DNA of 64,000 nt, from assembly GCA_963820525.1 (NCBI GenBank), contig CAWGAA010000001.1, positions 2,784,001-2,848,000 of the forward strand, written 5' to 3'. The stretch's first letter is position 1. Every line of letters starts with the position of its first letter. This DNA is from an uncultured Spirochaetota bacterium (GTDB taxonomy: Bacteria; Spirochaetota; Spirochaetia; SZUA-6; Fen-1364). Positions 9,030-19,194 of the stretch are shown piece after piece. The position numbers and the translations under genes were made by a program. A model generated the notes under the pieces. The model was not told the DNA's origin and did not search any database. It saw nothing but the letters and a program-made list of their open reading frames with translations.

Positions 9030-10559
9030 TCAGCGCTCCGGGGCAGCCGGCTTTTTTCCCCATTCAGACGGCGGCACGCCCGTGACGGACTTGAAGACCC
9101 GGCTGAAGTAGAACTGGTCCTTGTATCCCACGTAGGCGGCGACGTCCTTCAGCGGCATGCCGGGGTTGTCCGTGATGAAACGCTTGGCCGTATCCACGCG
9201 GGTTTTCGTCAGGAAATCGATGAATGACATATGCTCGTTGCGCCGGAAGAGCCTGCTCAAGTAGGTCTGGGAGACGGAGAACTTCTGGCACACGGACTGC
9301 AGGGTCAACGGATCCGCGTAGTTCTGCTCAACGTAGCGCACTATGGCTCCATAAAGTGAAGGGACATCGGTTTCCCGCCGGACATCGCAGCCCGGCCCCG
9401 CGATGCGCTGCACGATCTCCCACGCGCCCCGCGCGAGGCCGCTGAAGGAGGAGGCGCGGGAGAGAAGATCGTCCAGCTGAAGCTCCGCATCCTCCGCCGT
9501 CATTTCCTTCGGGTTTCCGGATTTCCGAAGCACCCGCAACAATACCTGGCGAAGGATTCCCTCCACCCACACGAGCGGGCGCTGCTCCCGCTCCCAGGCC
9601 GCGGCAAGCTCGCCCAGCACGGCCTCCAGTTCATGCCAGGAGGCATTGGAGAGAAGGAAATCGATACGGGACTCCAGCTCCGCGTCCAGGGCGGCCTTCG
9701 CGTCCTGGCCCGGATGCGGGGAGGCGTCGTTCATCTGCGCCGTGCGGGAAATACCGGGCACGATCGTTCTGTCCAGACCGTGTCGAAGCTCCGCCGTGTA
9801 CTTTGCGCACTGGGAAAGCTCAAAGGTTCCCGCTCCGAACATGAGAGTCGAATACCCGCTGCCTGACTTCTCCCGCACGGCGAAGACACAGCGCCTGAAG
9901 GCGGCGGTCCGCGTCAGCTCCGGCGCATGGAAGAACACCAGCTCCCGGGTGTCCCGCCCGGAGAACGCCCAGACATTGTCGCTGATAAGCTCGTCCCACG
10001 GGGGAACCAGCGCCGCCTCCTCATCCTGACCGCCGGGCGCGGCGCGGAAGCGGGAAAGAAGGCCCCCCATTCGAAGCACCGCGCCCTCGAATTTCTGGAA
10101 GGGCAGGTACCTGGCCGCCATCCCCTCCTCCACCGGCAGGCCCAGCACCGCGTTTTCGAGGATCCGCACGCGGCGATCATAGGTGTCCCGGCGGACCTTG
10201 TCGGAAATGGCTTCCAGGGCGCGCTTCAGCTCAGATGCCCGCACGGGCTTCAGCAGGTACTCCACGACGCCGGAGCGCAGCGCGCCCCTGGCGTACTCGA
10301 AGTCCTGGTAGCCGCTGACGATGATGGAGGATACCTCGGGAAGCTCCTCCTTCAACCTGGCCACAAGCTCGATGCCGTCCATCAGCGGCATCCTGATGTC
10401 CGTGATGACGAGGTCCGGCCGCAGGAGCCGGGCCTGCTTCAATCCCTCCGCGCCGTTTTCCGCGGCGGCAATTATCCGCCATTCCTTGCAGTGAAGCTGG
10501 ATGGACGAGCGAAGGTAGCGAAGCGCGGAGGGCTCGTCTTCCACCAGGATGACGGTCAT
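9030..10559 (-). CDS. Response regulator, REC + AraC HTH (YesN-like)
   Basis: LVEDE...DIRMP...YLLKP receiver; YFSRVFK..TG..P AraC C-terminus. Confidence 0.93.
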   Translation of the reverse strand: MTVILVEDEPSALRYLRSSIQLHCKEWRIIAAAENGAEGLKQARLLRPDLVITDIRMPLMDGIELVARLKEELPEVSSIIVSGYQDFEYARGALRSGVVEYLLKPVRASELKRALEAISDKVRRDTYDRRVRILENAVLGLPVEEGMAARYLPFQKFEGAVLRMGGLLSRFRAAPGGQDEEAALVPPWDELISDNVWAFSGRDTRELVFFHAPELTRTAAFRRCVFAVREKSGSGYSTLMFGAGTFELSQCAKYTAELRHGLDRTIVPGISRTAQMNDASPHPGQDAKAALDAELESRIDFLLSNASWHELEAVLGELAAAWEREQRPLVWVEGILRQVLLRVLRKSGNPKEMTAEDAELQLDDLLSRASSFSGLARGAWEIVQRIAGPGCDVRRETDVPSLYGAIVRYVEQNYADPLTLQSVCQKFSVSQTYLSRLFRRNEHMSFIDFLTKTRVDTAKRFITDNPGMPLKDVAAYVGYKDQFYFSRVFKSVTGVPPSEWGKKPAAPER

Positions 10560-12406
10560 CGCGACCCGTCCTCCGGCACAGATCCCAAAGGCGCACCGAT
10601 GGTCACCCTGGCCCCGCCCTCCGGCGCATTCTCGAGCGTGAAGAGAAAGCCCGGTCCGTAGAACAGCGCAAGGCGCGCATACGTGTTGACCAGCCCCATG
10701 CCGCCGATGGCAAAGCCCTGCCGCGCGTCCGGCTGAGCCAGGCCCGCATCGATGGATCGAAACCGCTCGGCCAGGGAGGCGAGCGTCTCCGCGGAGAACC
10801 CCTGACCGTTATCGAGAACCTCAATGATCCAGCGGGAGCCCTGGATGAACCCGCGGACGGAAACGGACATGGCTCCTTGAGAGTTTTTGAAGCCGTGCGT
10901 CAGGGAGTTCTCCGTGATCTGCTGGAGAACGATCTTCGGGATGGCCTCCTCCAACATGGCGGGGTCCACCTCGACGCTATACTCCAGCCGATGCTCGAAG
11001 CGCGTCTTCATGAGGGAGAGGTAGGTGCGCACGTGCTCGATCTCCTCCGCGATGGTGGCGGAACGCCTGGTGGTGGAGGTGGAATAGCGGAGCATGGAGG
11101 CCAGGCCGTCGCAGATGGAGACGATCTCCTGGTCTCCCGTTTCCAGGCCCTTGTTGGCCAGCACCGTGAGGATATTGTAGATGAAGTGGGGATTCACCTG
11201 CGCCTGCAGGGAGTCCAGCCGCGCCTCCATCTGAAGCGAATGGGAGGTGATCTCGCGCTTCACGGCATCCGTGAGCCGCTGCCGCAGCCGCTGGAAGGAG
11301 AGATTGAGCGCCGCCACCTCGTCGTTGGCGCTCTCGAATACCAGCCTCTCGGGAAGATTCTCCAGCTCCGTGTTCTCCATCTTTTCCTTGAGCTGCATGA
11401 TGGGCCGGGTGAGCTGCCGGGAGGAGAGGATATTGTACGCCAGGGAGACCGCCACGATCAGGATCCCGATGAGGATGGTCATGTTGCGGTTGAACTGAAG
11501 CGGCCCCAGGAGGGCCGCCTTGTCCTGGGCCAGGACCACCCTGATCCCTGTGTAAGCGGAGACGCCGGCGGCCAGGATCTCATCCGCGCCCGAGACGGGG
11601 TTTCGAACGAGGGAGACCTCCCGCGTCGGTGACGGAAGGCGGCTGGAGTAGTATTTCACCAGCGCTGCGTTCATGGGCGTGTTGTTGTAGAAAACCTGCC
11701 CGGAGGATGTCACGGCAAGGACCGCCAGGCTTCGCTGCTCGGGGACGGAGAACAGCTTTTCGAGGTCTTCGAACGGGTTCTGCACCTCCAGGTAGCCCAT
11801 TCCTCCCGTGGGCCCCTGGACGGACCGCACCAGGCCGTATACCTGGACGCGCGGAACCGTGGACCACGGATCCGCATAGGGCGGGAGAATGAGCGCCCGG
11901 CCTCCGGCGCTGTCAGCTTCCGGGATCCACGGAAGCGAGCCAACGAGCCGCACCACATCACGAATGTCGCGATGCGTGCTGAAGTTGCTGGAGAGGAAGT
12001 CTCCGTTTCTATTGAAGACGTTGACGCTGTAGAAGTTCTTGCTGATGGAATAGCTCAAGAGCGTGCCGTTGATGATCTGCCAGCCCTCGTTGATATAGAT
12101 GAGGTTCCTGGAGTCGTTCCTGTCCAGGTTGGAAAGGCTTGCCATGGAGGACATGAAGCCGGCGTTGGACAGGAGATACGTCGTGATGAAATCCATGGGC
12201 CGGATGAGGTTGTCCAGCTGCTGCGACATCTTGTTGGCCAGAACGGAGAGATTGGCATAGGCGTCACGCTCGGACAGCCGGGCGGAATACGTATAGAACC
12301 CGATCCCGAGCGCCACGACGAGCAGGATGATTAAAAGCGAATAGGTGAGCAGAAGCCGAGTCCGAAATCTCAAACCGGTTCTCGCCTTTCTCTTCAGCGA
12401 ACCCAC
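10556..12406 (-). CDS. Sensor histidine kinase (YesM-like)
   Basis: LQAQVNPHFIYN, QITENSLTHG, DNGQG motifs; two TM helices and HAMP. Confidence 0.93.
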   Translation of the reverse strand: MGSLKRKARTGLRFRTRLLLTYSLLIILLVVALGIGFYTYSARLSERDAYANLSVLANKMSQQLDNLIRPMDFITTYLLSNAGFMSSMASLSNLDRNDSRNLIYINEGWQIINGTLLSYSISKNFYSVNVFNRNGDFLSSNFSTHRDIRDVVRLVGSLPWIPEADSAGGRALILPPYADPWSTVPRVQVYGLVRSVQGPTGGMGYLEVQNPFEDLEKLFSVPEQRSLAVLAVTSSGQVFYNNTPMNAALVKYYSSRLPSPTREVSLVRNPVSGADEILAAGVSAYTGIRVVLAQDKAALLGPLQFNRNMTILIGILIVAVSLAYNILSSRQLTRPIMQLKEKMENTELENLPERLVFESANDEVAALNLSFQRLRQRLTDAVKREITSHSLQMEARLDSLQAQVNPHFIYNILTVLANKGLETGDQEIVSICDGLASMLRYSTSTTRRSATIAEEIEHVRTYLSLMKTRFEHRLEYSVEVDPAMLEEAIPKIVLQQITENSLTHGFKNSQGAMSVSVRGFIQGSRWIIEVLDNGQGFSAETLASLAERFRSIDAGLAQPDARQGFAIGGMGLVNTYARLALFYGPGFLFTLENAPEGGARVTIGAPLGSVPEDGSR

Positions 12407-12611
12407 ATTTTACCAGATGCCGAAAGCACCCTCAATCGAGCGGGGGCTTGCTTGTTAAACGATTACAGCCTATTCCTTAATAAGAAAACTCGTAATTAAA
12501 GTTTGCTTATAGAAGTCGCGGCCGATCCTGATTACTATTTTTCCCGATCAATCGAGTTCACCATGAATATCCTTCTTGCAATGGATGATTTTCATGGTGT
12601 ATCATAGGGCC

Positions 12612-13772
12612 ATGGTAGAGCGCGCTTTTATACTCGATAAATTGAAGGTGGCCCTGTCGCGCAGTCGCGTCGTCGTACTGGCCGGGCCGCGCCAGTGCGG
12701 CAAGACGACGCTGGCACGGCAACTTCTCAGCGAGGATTCGGTCAACTACTTCGACCTGGAGGATCCTACCGGCCTTGCTCGACTGGATGAGCCAATGACC
12801 GCGCTCGGACATTTGCAGGGCCTGGTAGTGATCGACGAGGTGCAGCGGCGGCAGGATCTTTTCCCCGTTTTGCGGGTTCTGGCAGATCGTCGGGACAACC
12901 CCGCCCGTTTTCTGATTCTGGGCAGCGCTTCGGGCGACCTTCTGCGTCAGACTTCGGAGAGCCTGGCGGGGAGAATGGAGCGCGTGACAATCAGCGGCTT
13001 TTCGCTGCGGGAGTTGGGCGCAGAAGCGGAACAAACCTTATGGCTGCGCGGCGGTTTCCCGCTCTCCTACCTGGCAGGCAGCGAAGCCGATAGCGCGGAA
13101 TGGCGGAAGAGCTTTATCCAAACCCTGCTTGAACGTGATTTCCCGCAATGGGGCGTCCGCGTGCCTGCCGTGGCCTTGCAGCGCTTCTGGACAATGCTCG
13201 CGCACTATCATGGACAGACCTGGAACGCGGCCGAACCAGCCCGGGCGCTGGGTGTGAGCGAATCCACCGCCCGCCGCTATCTCGATCTGCTGACGGACGC
13301 CTTCCTTATCCGGCAGTTGCATCCCTATTATGCCAACATCAGCAAACGGCAGGTCAAGGCCCCAAAGGTCTCCGTGCGCGACAGCGGGCTTTTGCACCAG
13401 CTTCTCGGCATCAACACGCTGAAGGAACTGCTGAGCCATCCCAAAGTCGGCGCCTCATGGGAAGGGTTTGTTATCGAGCAGGTATTGATGACGGAGCCGC
13501 ATGACGAAGCCCTCTTCTGGGCCACGCATCAGGGAGCGGAGATCGACCTGATCCTGAGGCGTGGCAGCGAGCTTTTGGGCGTAGAGTGCAAGCGGACCGA
13601 CACTCCACGCATGACCCCGTCCATCCGCATCGCCCTTGAAAATCTTGGGCTTGCGCGGGTGGCCGTGCTCTACCCCGGGACGAAGCGTTTTCCAATTACG
13701 GAACGGGTGGAAGCCGTGCCTCTTCAGACGATGGTCAAAGGTATTTCGCTTTTCGAGGGGGGCGAGTCATGA
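12612..13772 (+). CDS. AAA+ ATPase with C-terminal DUF4143-type domain
   Basis: GPRQCGKT, IDEVQ, ILGSAS, ESLAGR, GGFP, EIDL..VECK motifs. Confidence 0.9.
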   Translation: MVERAFILDKLKVALSRSRVVVLAGPRQCGKTTLARQLLSEDSVNYFDLEDPTGLARLDEPMTALGHLQGLVVIDEVQRRQDLFPVLRVLADRRDNPARFLILGSASGDLLRQTSESLAGRMERVTISGFSLRELGAEAEQTLWLRGGFPLSYLAGSEADSAEWRKSFIQTLLERDFPQWGVRVPAVALQRFWTMLAHYHGQTWNAAEPARALGVSESTARRYLDLLTDAFLIRQLHPYYANISKRQVKAPKVSVRDSGLLHQLLGINTLKELLSHPKVGASWEGFVIEQVLMTEPHDEALFWATHQGAEIDLILRRGSELLGVECKRTDTPRMTPSIRIALENLGLARVAVLYPGTKRFPITERVEAVPLQTMVKGISLFEGGES

Positions 13773-13788
13773 GTTTGGGCTTTGAACG

Positions 13789-14406
13789 CTATCGCGGCGA
13801 TTGCTTGAAAAGCCCCTGAGCGAGCAGCCCTAGATAAAAAGAAGCCATCTGACGCGGCGTGAATGCCCGGGGGTGGTCCATCCACCAGAAGGCAAGGCCC
13901 ATGAGGATGGAGGTCAAGACGCGGGTTGCTAGGGGCAGGGGGATGGAGAGGTGCTCCTCTCCAACAACCCGCAACCTGCTCTCTTGGAGAAAGTCGTCAA
14001 CAAAAGCCTCCATCTGTTCCAGCAGTATCGGGCCTGCCGCTCCTGATATCAGGGGGCGGAAGATTTTCTCATGACGGTGGACCATCTCGAAGAAAGTGGA
14101 AACTCTCACGAGCACCCTGTCCGGGTTGGCAGAGCCGGGGGGAGCGGACGCGTCGATGCGGGCAAAGAAATCACCCAGGAGTGAGGCCAGACCTCTATCC
14201 AGAAGATCCGAGGTGCCCTCGAAATGTCGATAAAAAGTGGCGCGATTCACGCCCGCGCACCTCGCGATTTGAGCCACGCTCACCTTTTTCATCCCTTGCA
14301 CCGCGCAGATCTCGATGAACGCCTCGACAAGAGTATTTCTGGTCCTGCTGGAGCGATTGTCCAAGGCTTGGGGGCGGGCCGCGCCTGTCCGGCGTACCGG
14401 CTTCAC
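13789..14406 (-). CDS. TetR/AcrR family regulator
   Basis: SVAQIARCAGVNRATFYRHF HTH. Confidence 0.9.
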   Translation of the reverse strand: MKPVRRTGAARPQALDNRSSRTRNTLVEAFIEICAVQGMKKVSVAQIARCAGVNRATFYRHFEGTSDLLDRGLASLLGDFFARIDASAPPGSANPDRVLVRVSTFFEMVHRHEKIFRPLISGAAGPILLEQMEAFVDDFLQESRLRVVGEEHLSIPLPLATRVLTSILMGLAFWWMDHPRAFTPRQMASFYLGLLAQGLFKQSPR

Positions 14407-14451
14407 ATTTCCTCCATAAAGCGTTGCAGATGCGACAGTTTTTGCCGGATC

Positions 14452-14466
14452 TGTTGCCTGGCAACA
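14452..14466. promoter_or_regulatory. Palindrome TGTTGCC-T-GGCAACA, candidate TetR operator
   Basis: Perfect 7-1-7 inverted repeat between the divergent tetR and methyltransferase genes. Confidence 0.45.
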
Positions 14467-14556
14467 AGGCCTCTTTCGCTGACAGCGCGCATCTACCTCA
14501 CTATAGTCCTGCCATGAACGTCACACAACATGACGGCGCATAACCAGGGGGAAGGA

Positions 14557-15234
14557 ATGAAAGATCGCGGGAAAGTTCAAAAGAGGTTTCTTCAAGTAGC
14601 GTTCCAGATCGTTCTCTTCGCAGTGCTGCTGTTTGTTTCCGCCGGCAGGCTGGCATGGGTTTGGGCCTGGATATATATCGGATTGTATGTCCTCGTTGTT
14701 GCGGTGAACGCATTCGTCCTGCCACCCGACCTGATCGAGGAGCGCGGCAGATCCAAGGAAAACGTCAAGCCGTGGGACAGACTGATTATGACGCTGAATA
14801 TCCTTCCTGCTTTAAGCCTGTTGATCGTGGCCGGCCTGGACTTTCGCTTGGGATGGACTTTTCCTTTTGCGGCTTGGATTCGGGTGGCTGCAGCGGCCAT
14901 CATGATCCTGGGAAATGCTCTGTTTACTTGGGCCATGATATCAAACCACTACTTCTCAACCGCGGTGCGCCTTCAGCTCGATCGAAATCATCAGGTGGCG
15001 ACCGGAGGCCCGTATAGATACGTTCGCCACCCCGGGTACGTCGGGTTTATCGTCTTGAATCTGGCTACGCCTCTCATTCTGGGGTCCCTTTGGGCGCTGA
15101 TTCCGGCAGCCGTCATGATGGTGCTTTTCATCGTTCGCACCGCTTTAGAGGATGCAACGCTGAGGAAAGAGCTGGATGGCTATCAAGAGTATGCGATGAG
15201 GGTTCGCTACAAGCTAGTCCTGGGGATTTGGTGA
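14557..15234 (+). CDS. Isoprenylcysteine carboxyl methyltransferase family membrane protein
   Basis: GPYRYVRHPGY, EDATL..EL.GY..YA..VRY motifs. Confidence 0.9.
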   Translation: MKDRGKVQKRFLQVAFQIVLFAVLLFVSAGRLAWVWAWIYIGLYVLVVAVNAFVLPPDLIEERGRSKENVKPWDRLIMTLNILPALSLLIVAGLDFRLGWTFPFAAWIRVAAAAIMILGNALFTWAMISNHYFSTAVRLQLDRNHQVATGGPYRYVRHPGYVGFIVLNLATPLILGSLWALIPAAVMMVLFIVRTALEDATLRKELDGYQEYAMRVRYKLVLGIW

Positions 15235-15249
15235 GCTGAGCGGGCCAAG

Positions 15250-15639
15250 TCTCTTAAGGGGATCAGCTCTATTGAAGAGGGCAATCGGTTTCTTCGGGCT
15301 GTATTCACGGAGAAGCTCAACAAAAAGCTGGCTGTTCTTCCTGTTTCACAGACCAACTTTCACCACCTCGTGGACCACAGACTTGATCTGCGGAGGATGC
15401 TTTGCTGGGAAGAACTACACAGCGTTAGCCATGACCGGGTGGTAAGACACCGTAGCCTTTTGTATCAGATCCTTCGGGACAACCGCCCAAGGCCAAGACA
15501 CAAGGATCATGTGATTGTTCAGGGCTGGTTGGATGGCTCTTTGCATATCTATTTCAAGGGCAAGGAGCTGAAGGTACAGAAAGTGACGGACATTTCCAGG
15601 TAAGAGGTCTGATGGGGACATTTCTAATGAGTCTGGACA
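15250..15639 (+). mobile_element. ISNCY/IS1202-like transposase 3' remnant with right end
   Basis: GISSIEEGNRFL...LCWEELHSVSHDRVVRH...YQI...WLDGSLHI; end has two GGACATTTC repeats and terminates ...GGACA. Confidence 0.65.
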
Positions 15640-15652
15640 ATGCGTAGCACGC

Positions 15653-15685
15653 GCTCTTGACAAGAGCTATGCCTGCTGCTACTGT
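15653..15685 (+). promoter_or_regulatory. Sigma70-type promoter with overlapping palindrome, upstream of the island operon
   Basis: TTGACA (15657-15662), 17 nt spacer, TACTGT (15680-15685); GCTCTTG-A-CAAGAGC (15653-15667) covers the -35. Confidence 0.55.
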
Positions 15686-15845
15686 TTTATTTCGCAGGGG
15701 AAAGAGTTTATCTCGCCCAACAGTACTACCTTGATGAAGGGGGTAGTCTATCCTAAGGGCTAGCTATATCAGACTTTCGCAGCCAATCAGCCTTTCAAGG
15801 CTAAGAGAATGCTGAATTCAATAAAGTAGGCTACCTCGCACTGGA

Positions 15846-17822
15846 ATGGAGATGATGAGCGCAACCAAGAAAGCTACAACCTCAAAGTCGTCAAAGATTG
15901 CCTCGGGCTCATCTACAAAAGCTCGTAAGATCACTTTGAGGCCTTTGTCATCACCCCTAAAGGTCAAATCAACTTCCGTATCTGACTCCCATAGGTCCAT
16001 CATGGTGATTTCCGAGAACGGCAAGGAAGTCCGGCTACTTCTACACCGTTTTGCACTCGTCGGGCCCAGCGACAAGATCTTGTTGGACTCGGCACAAGCC
16101 TCCCGAATTTTTGTTGAGTCTGCGGATCCATCTAGAAAGGCCATACCCGTTTCGCCGCACTTTGAGAAAAGGTCAACTTTACGCTTGGGAGCAAGAGACT
16201 ATTCGATTCTCGTGAAGGAAATAACCACTCCAAGCGACCTCAAGGAATACGAGTATCTAGAGGGCTTTCACTATAAGACTTCCTCTGCCATCGTTACTGA
16301 CGAAGATGAGCCGAGCAAAAGCGGCCTCAATGTTGGTGGAAGAAAAGCCATACTTATCGCCTACATCCAAGTTGGCAAGCGCATGATACCTGCCGGGTAC
16401 ATAGATCTCCAAATGCCTTTGCTAATGGTAAAGCCAAGACACGAGCTCTTTAACAACGGCTTTTTCCACCCTGATCGCGATATCTCTTGGGATACATGGG
16501 ATATCAAGAGCATGAGGAAATACGTAAATCTGATTGTTAGGATTGCAAGAATAGTGACAAGCCCCGATCTTAGGGGCTTAGGTCTTGCACGCATAATAAT
16601 CGATGCTGCTAAAGACTATGCCAGAGAACGGTGGCATGTCTATGGCAAGTCTCCACTCTTCATGGAAATCTCAGCTGAAATGCTCAAGTACATGGACTTC
16701 GTGACATCTGCTGGAATGCATTTTGTCGGTAACACCGAAGGAAATCTTTCGAGAGTTCACAAAGATCTACTTCAAATGCAGAGAGGCCAGAAACTCACTT
16801 TTGGGATTATGACACTTCAGAAAAAGTATCTCACGAACTTAAGGCATCTATCGGAAAGTCTACACATCTCTTTTCCAGAGGTGCTCGATAGACTGAAGGC
16901 ACTTACTAAAAACTCTAGCGAAAAAGAGCTTCGATCAAAACTGAATAAATTGAGTGGTCAAGAATGGTTCCTATTCAAAAGAGTGCTCAGATTCCCTATT
17001 CCATATTTTATATGTGGCCTAGATGATGCGTCCGAATCATTTGTACAAAAACACTCACTAACCCCTCCAAGCAAGACTACCCAAAACAAGACATTTCAAT
17101 CTGCAAGGATTGGACTTAAGGATATTAGAGCTACCTCGACATACGAGATCCCAGACAGTGAGCAAGCTCGCGCGATACGTGACTGTTTTGGACTTGATGG
17201 GAATACTTTGAAGGTATCTCTCGTCGGACCTGTCACAATAGAGGCCTCGGGGGGAAACATCATTCTGATTACGGGTCCAAGCGGAAGCGGAAAAAGTGTA
17301 CTTTTGCGAGCAATCGCAGATGACAGTGAGACGAAACTAATTCATACCACATATATAAAAACCGTTGACAAACCATTCGTAGTTGGTTGGCTGACCGAAA
17401 TTAATAGTGATAAACCCATTATTGAATACTTCAGTGGTATTTGGGGAATGGAATCCTCTATTTCTGCATTAAATCAAGCAGGATTGTCCGAAGCATTTGT
17501 ATATCTGAGGCCATATAAACTCTTAAGTAGAGGACAACAATATCGTGCGCGTCTAGCTGCGCTTAGCCTTGGCTCGGCTAACGTTTGGCTTATGGATGAG
17601 TTCTGCGCAGACCTTGATCCCTTCACTGCCCGAATTGTATCAAATAATTTGCGGAAGCACGTTGTGAGAACTGGAAGGATCGCGATAGTTGCCGCAGCAA
17701 ACAACGCTCACTACATAGACGCGTTGATGCCCAACAGGATCATCTACCTTAGGCACAACGGCCGTTGCGAGGTATTTAAATATAAGGAATACATAGATGA
17801 GTTTCGTATCAACGCAAGCTGA
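15846..17822 (+). CDS. GNAT acetyltransferase fused to ABC-type ATPase (COG2401-like)
   Basis: RIARIVTSPDLRGLGLA (GNAT motif A); GPSGSGKS Walker A, LSRGQQYR signature, WLMDEF Walker B; no TM segments. Confidence 0.8.
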   Translation: MEMMSATKKATTSKSSKIASGSSTKARKITLRPLSSPLKVKSTSVSDSHRSIMVISENGKEVRLLLHRFALVGPSDKILLDSAQASRIFVESADPSRKAIPVSPHFEKRSTLRLGARDYSILVKEITTPSDLKEYEYLEGFHYKTSSAIVTDEDEPSKSGLNVGGRKAILIAYIQVGKRMIPAGYIDLQMPLLMVKPRHELFNNGFFHPDRDISWDTWDIKSMRKYVNLIVRIARIVTSPDLRGLGLARIIIDAAKDYARERWHVYGKSPLFMEISAEMLKYMDFVTSAGMHFVGNTEGNLSRVHKDLLQMQRGQKLTFGIMTLQKKYLTNLRHLSESLHISFPEVLDRLKALTKNSSEKELRSKLNKLSGQEWFLFKRVLRFPIPYFICGLDDASESFVQKHSLTPPSKTTQNKTFQSARIGLKDIRATSTYEIPDSEQARAIRDCFGLDGNTLKVSLVGPVTIEASGGNIILITGPSGSGKSVLLRAIADDSETKLIHTTYIKTVDKPFVVGWLTEINSDKPIIEYFSGIWGMESSISALNQAGLSEAFVYLRPYKLLSRGQQYRARLAALSLGSANVWLMDEFCADLDPFTARIVSNNLRKHVVRTGRIAIVAAANNAHYIDALMPNRIIYLRHNGRCEVFKYKEYIDEFRINAS

Positions 17823-19194
17823 AAAGTTTGCAGCGGTTTTCGATAGATCTCCTTATCAGTCCACTGATCCGATCGTTAAAATTCAGTACGTTCAAAAGGG
17901 CAATAATGTTGTTTTTGGTCGAACTCTATCAGGCGAGAACTATGACAAACTAATCTACCTCGGCAAGGTTTACGAGAATACCGCCGGGAAAAACTACCTT
18001 AGTTCAGACGCTTGGCTGGATGTTGGCTACCCGCACGTAATCTATATTACGGGAACGCGAGGAAGCGGGAAGAGCTTTGACTTAGGCGTCTTGATCGAAG
18101 GCATTTCCGAGCTATCTAATCCATCAACAGCGCAGAACAACGTCCAGCCTATCTGCTCGATAGTAATTGATACGCAGAGCCAATTCTGGACTCTAAACTA
18201 TACGCCAAACCCGGCTGTCAAGGAGAACAAGGAGCAACTAGCCGAACTTAAGAAATGGAATATTAGTCCCAATTCTCTGAAGCATTGCAGGCTTTATATT
18301 CCTCCCTCAACCGAGAGAATAACAAACACTGAAACCATATTCCAGATTCGAACATCCGACGTACGACATGAAGAATGGTGTGCTTTAATCGGTGAGCAAA
18401 TATACAGTCCTCAAGGGCATGTCCTTGGCCAAGCTCTTGAGGATCTTTCTGGAAAGGCCTATTCGCTTGAAGATCTGATCTCGTATGTTGCAAATGGAGA
18501 CAATTGGGATAATGTTCCTGAAGTCTCTCGAAATGCAATCGTCTATAAGCTTGAGGGTTACCGTCGAACAGGGCTTTTCAGTGCAAAAGGAATCGACATT
18601 TGCACGCTACTTTCACCTGGTCAGTGTTCAGTATTTCTTTTGCGGGATCTTAGGAACGAAGACAAAGCCCTAATCACTTCTCTGATAGCACGCCAACTTT
18701 CAAGCATCTTGGGTGCTCACCATAAAAAGCTCAAAGTCAGCAAATTCTTCGAAAGAAAGGAAGAGGACGACGGACTTCCAAATACAGTTTGGATGTTTAT
18801 AGATGAGGCTCATGTGGTTGCTCCAAACGGTTCAGTGTCTCCTGCCACCAATGCTCTTATAGATTATGTAAAGCGTGGTAGAGATGCAGGACTGTCCTTG
18901 GTAATGGCCACGCAACAACCCTCTGCTGTTGATGATAGAATATTGAGCCAAGTCAATATCACATTCTCGCATAGACTTACATTTCAAAATGACATAAGTG
19001 CTGCGATAAACCGAATACCTACTAAGCTTCTAAAGGACTTGAAATATGCAGGAAGAGATATAACAGATTTTGGCGACATGCTTCGGTATCTCGAGGCTGG
19101 TGAATGTTTCTTGGGCGATCACAACACTAGCAGAGCTGTCTTGGTTTCTATTAGGCCAAGGGTGACTCCTCATGGTGGTTATAACCCAAGCTAA
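17797..19194 (+). CDS. HerA/FtsK-family ATPase (DUF87/DUF853-like)
   Basis: GTRGSGKS, IVIDTQ, FIDEAH, KRGRDAGLSLVMATQQPS motifs. Confidence 0.88.
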   Translation: MSFVSTQAEKFAAVFDRSPYQSTDPIVKIQYVQKGNNVVFGRTLSGENYDKLIYLGKVYENTAGKNYLSSDAWLDVGYPHVIYITGTRGSGKSFDLGVLIEGISELSNPSTAQNNVQPICSIVIDTQSQFWTLNYTPNPAVKENKEQLAELKKWNISPNSLKHCRLYIPPSTERITNTETIFQIRTSDVRHEEWCALIGEQIYSPQGHVLGQALEDLSGKAYSLEDLISYVANGDNWDNVPEVSRNAIVYKLEGYRRTGLFSAKGIDICTLLSPGQCSVFLLRDLRNEDKALITSLIARQLSSILGAHHKKLKVSKFFERKEEDDGLPNTVWMFIDEAHVVAPNGSVSPATNALIDYVKRGRDAGLSLVMATQQPSAVDDRILSQVNITFSHRLTFQNDISAAINRIPTKLLKDLKYAGRDITDFGDMLRYLEAGECFLGDHNTSRAVLVSIRPRVTPHGGYNPS

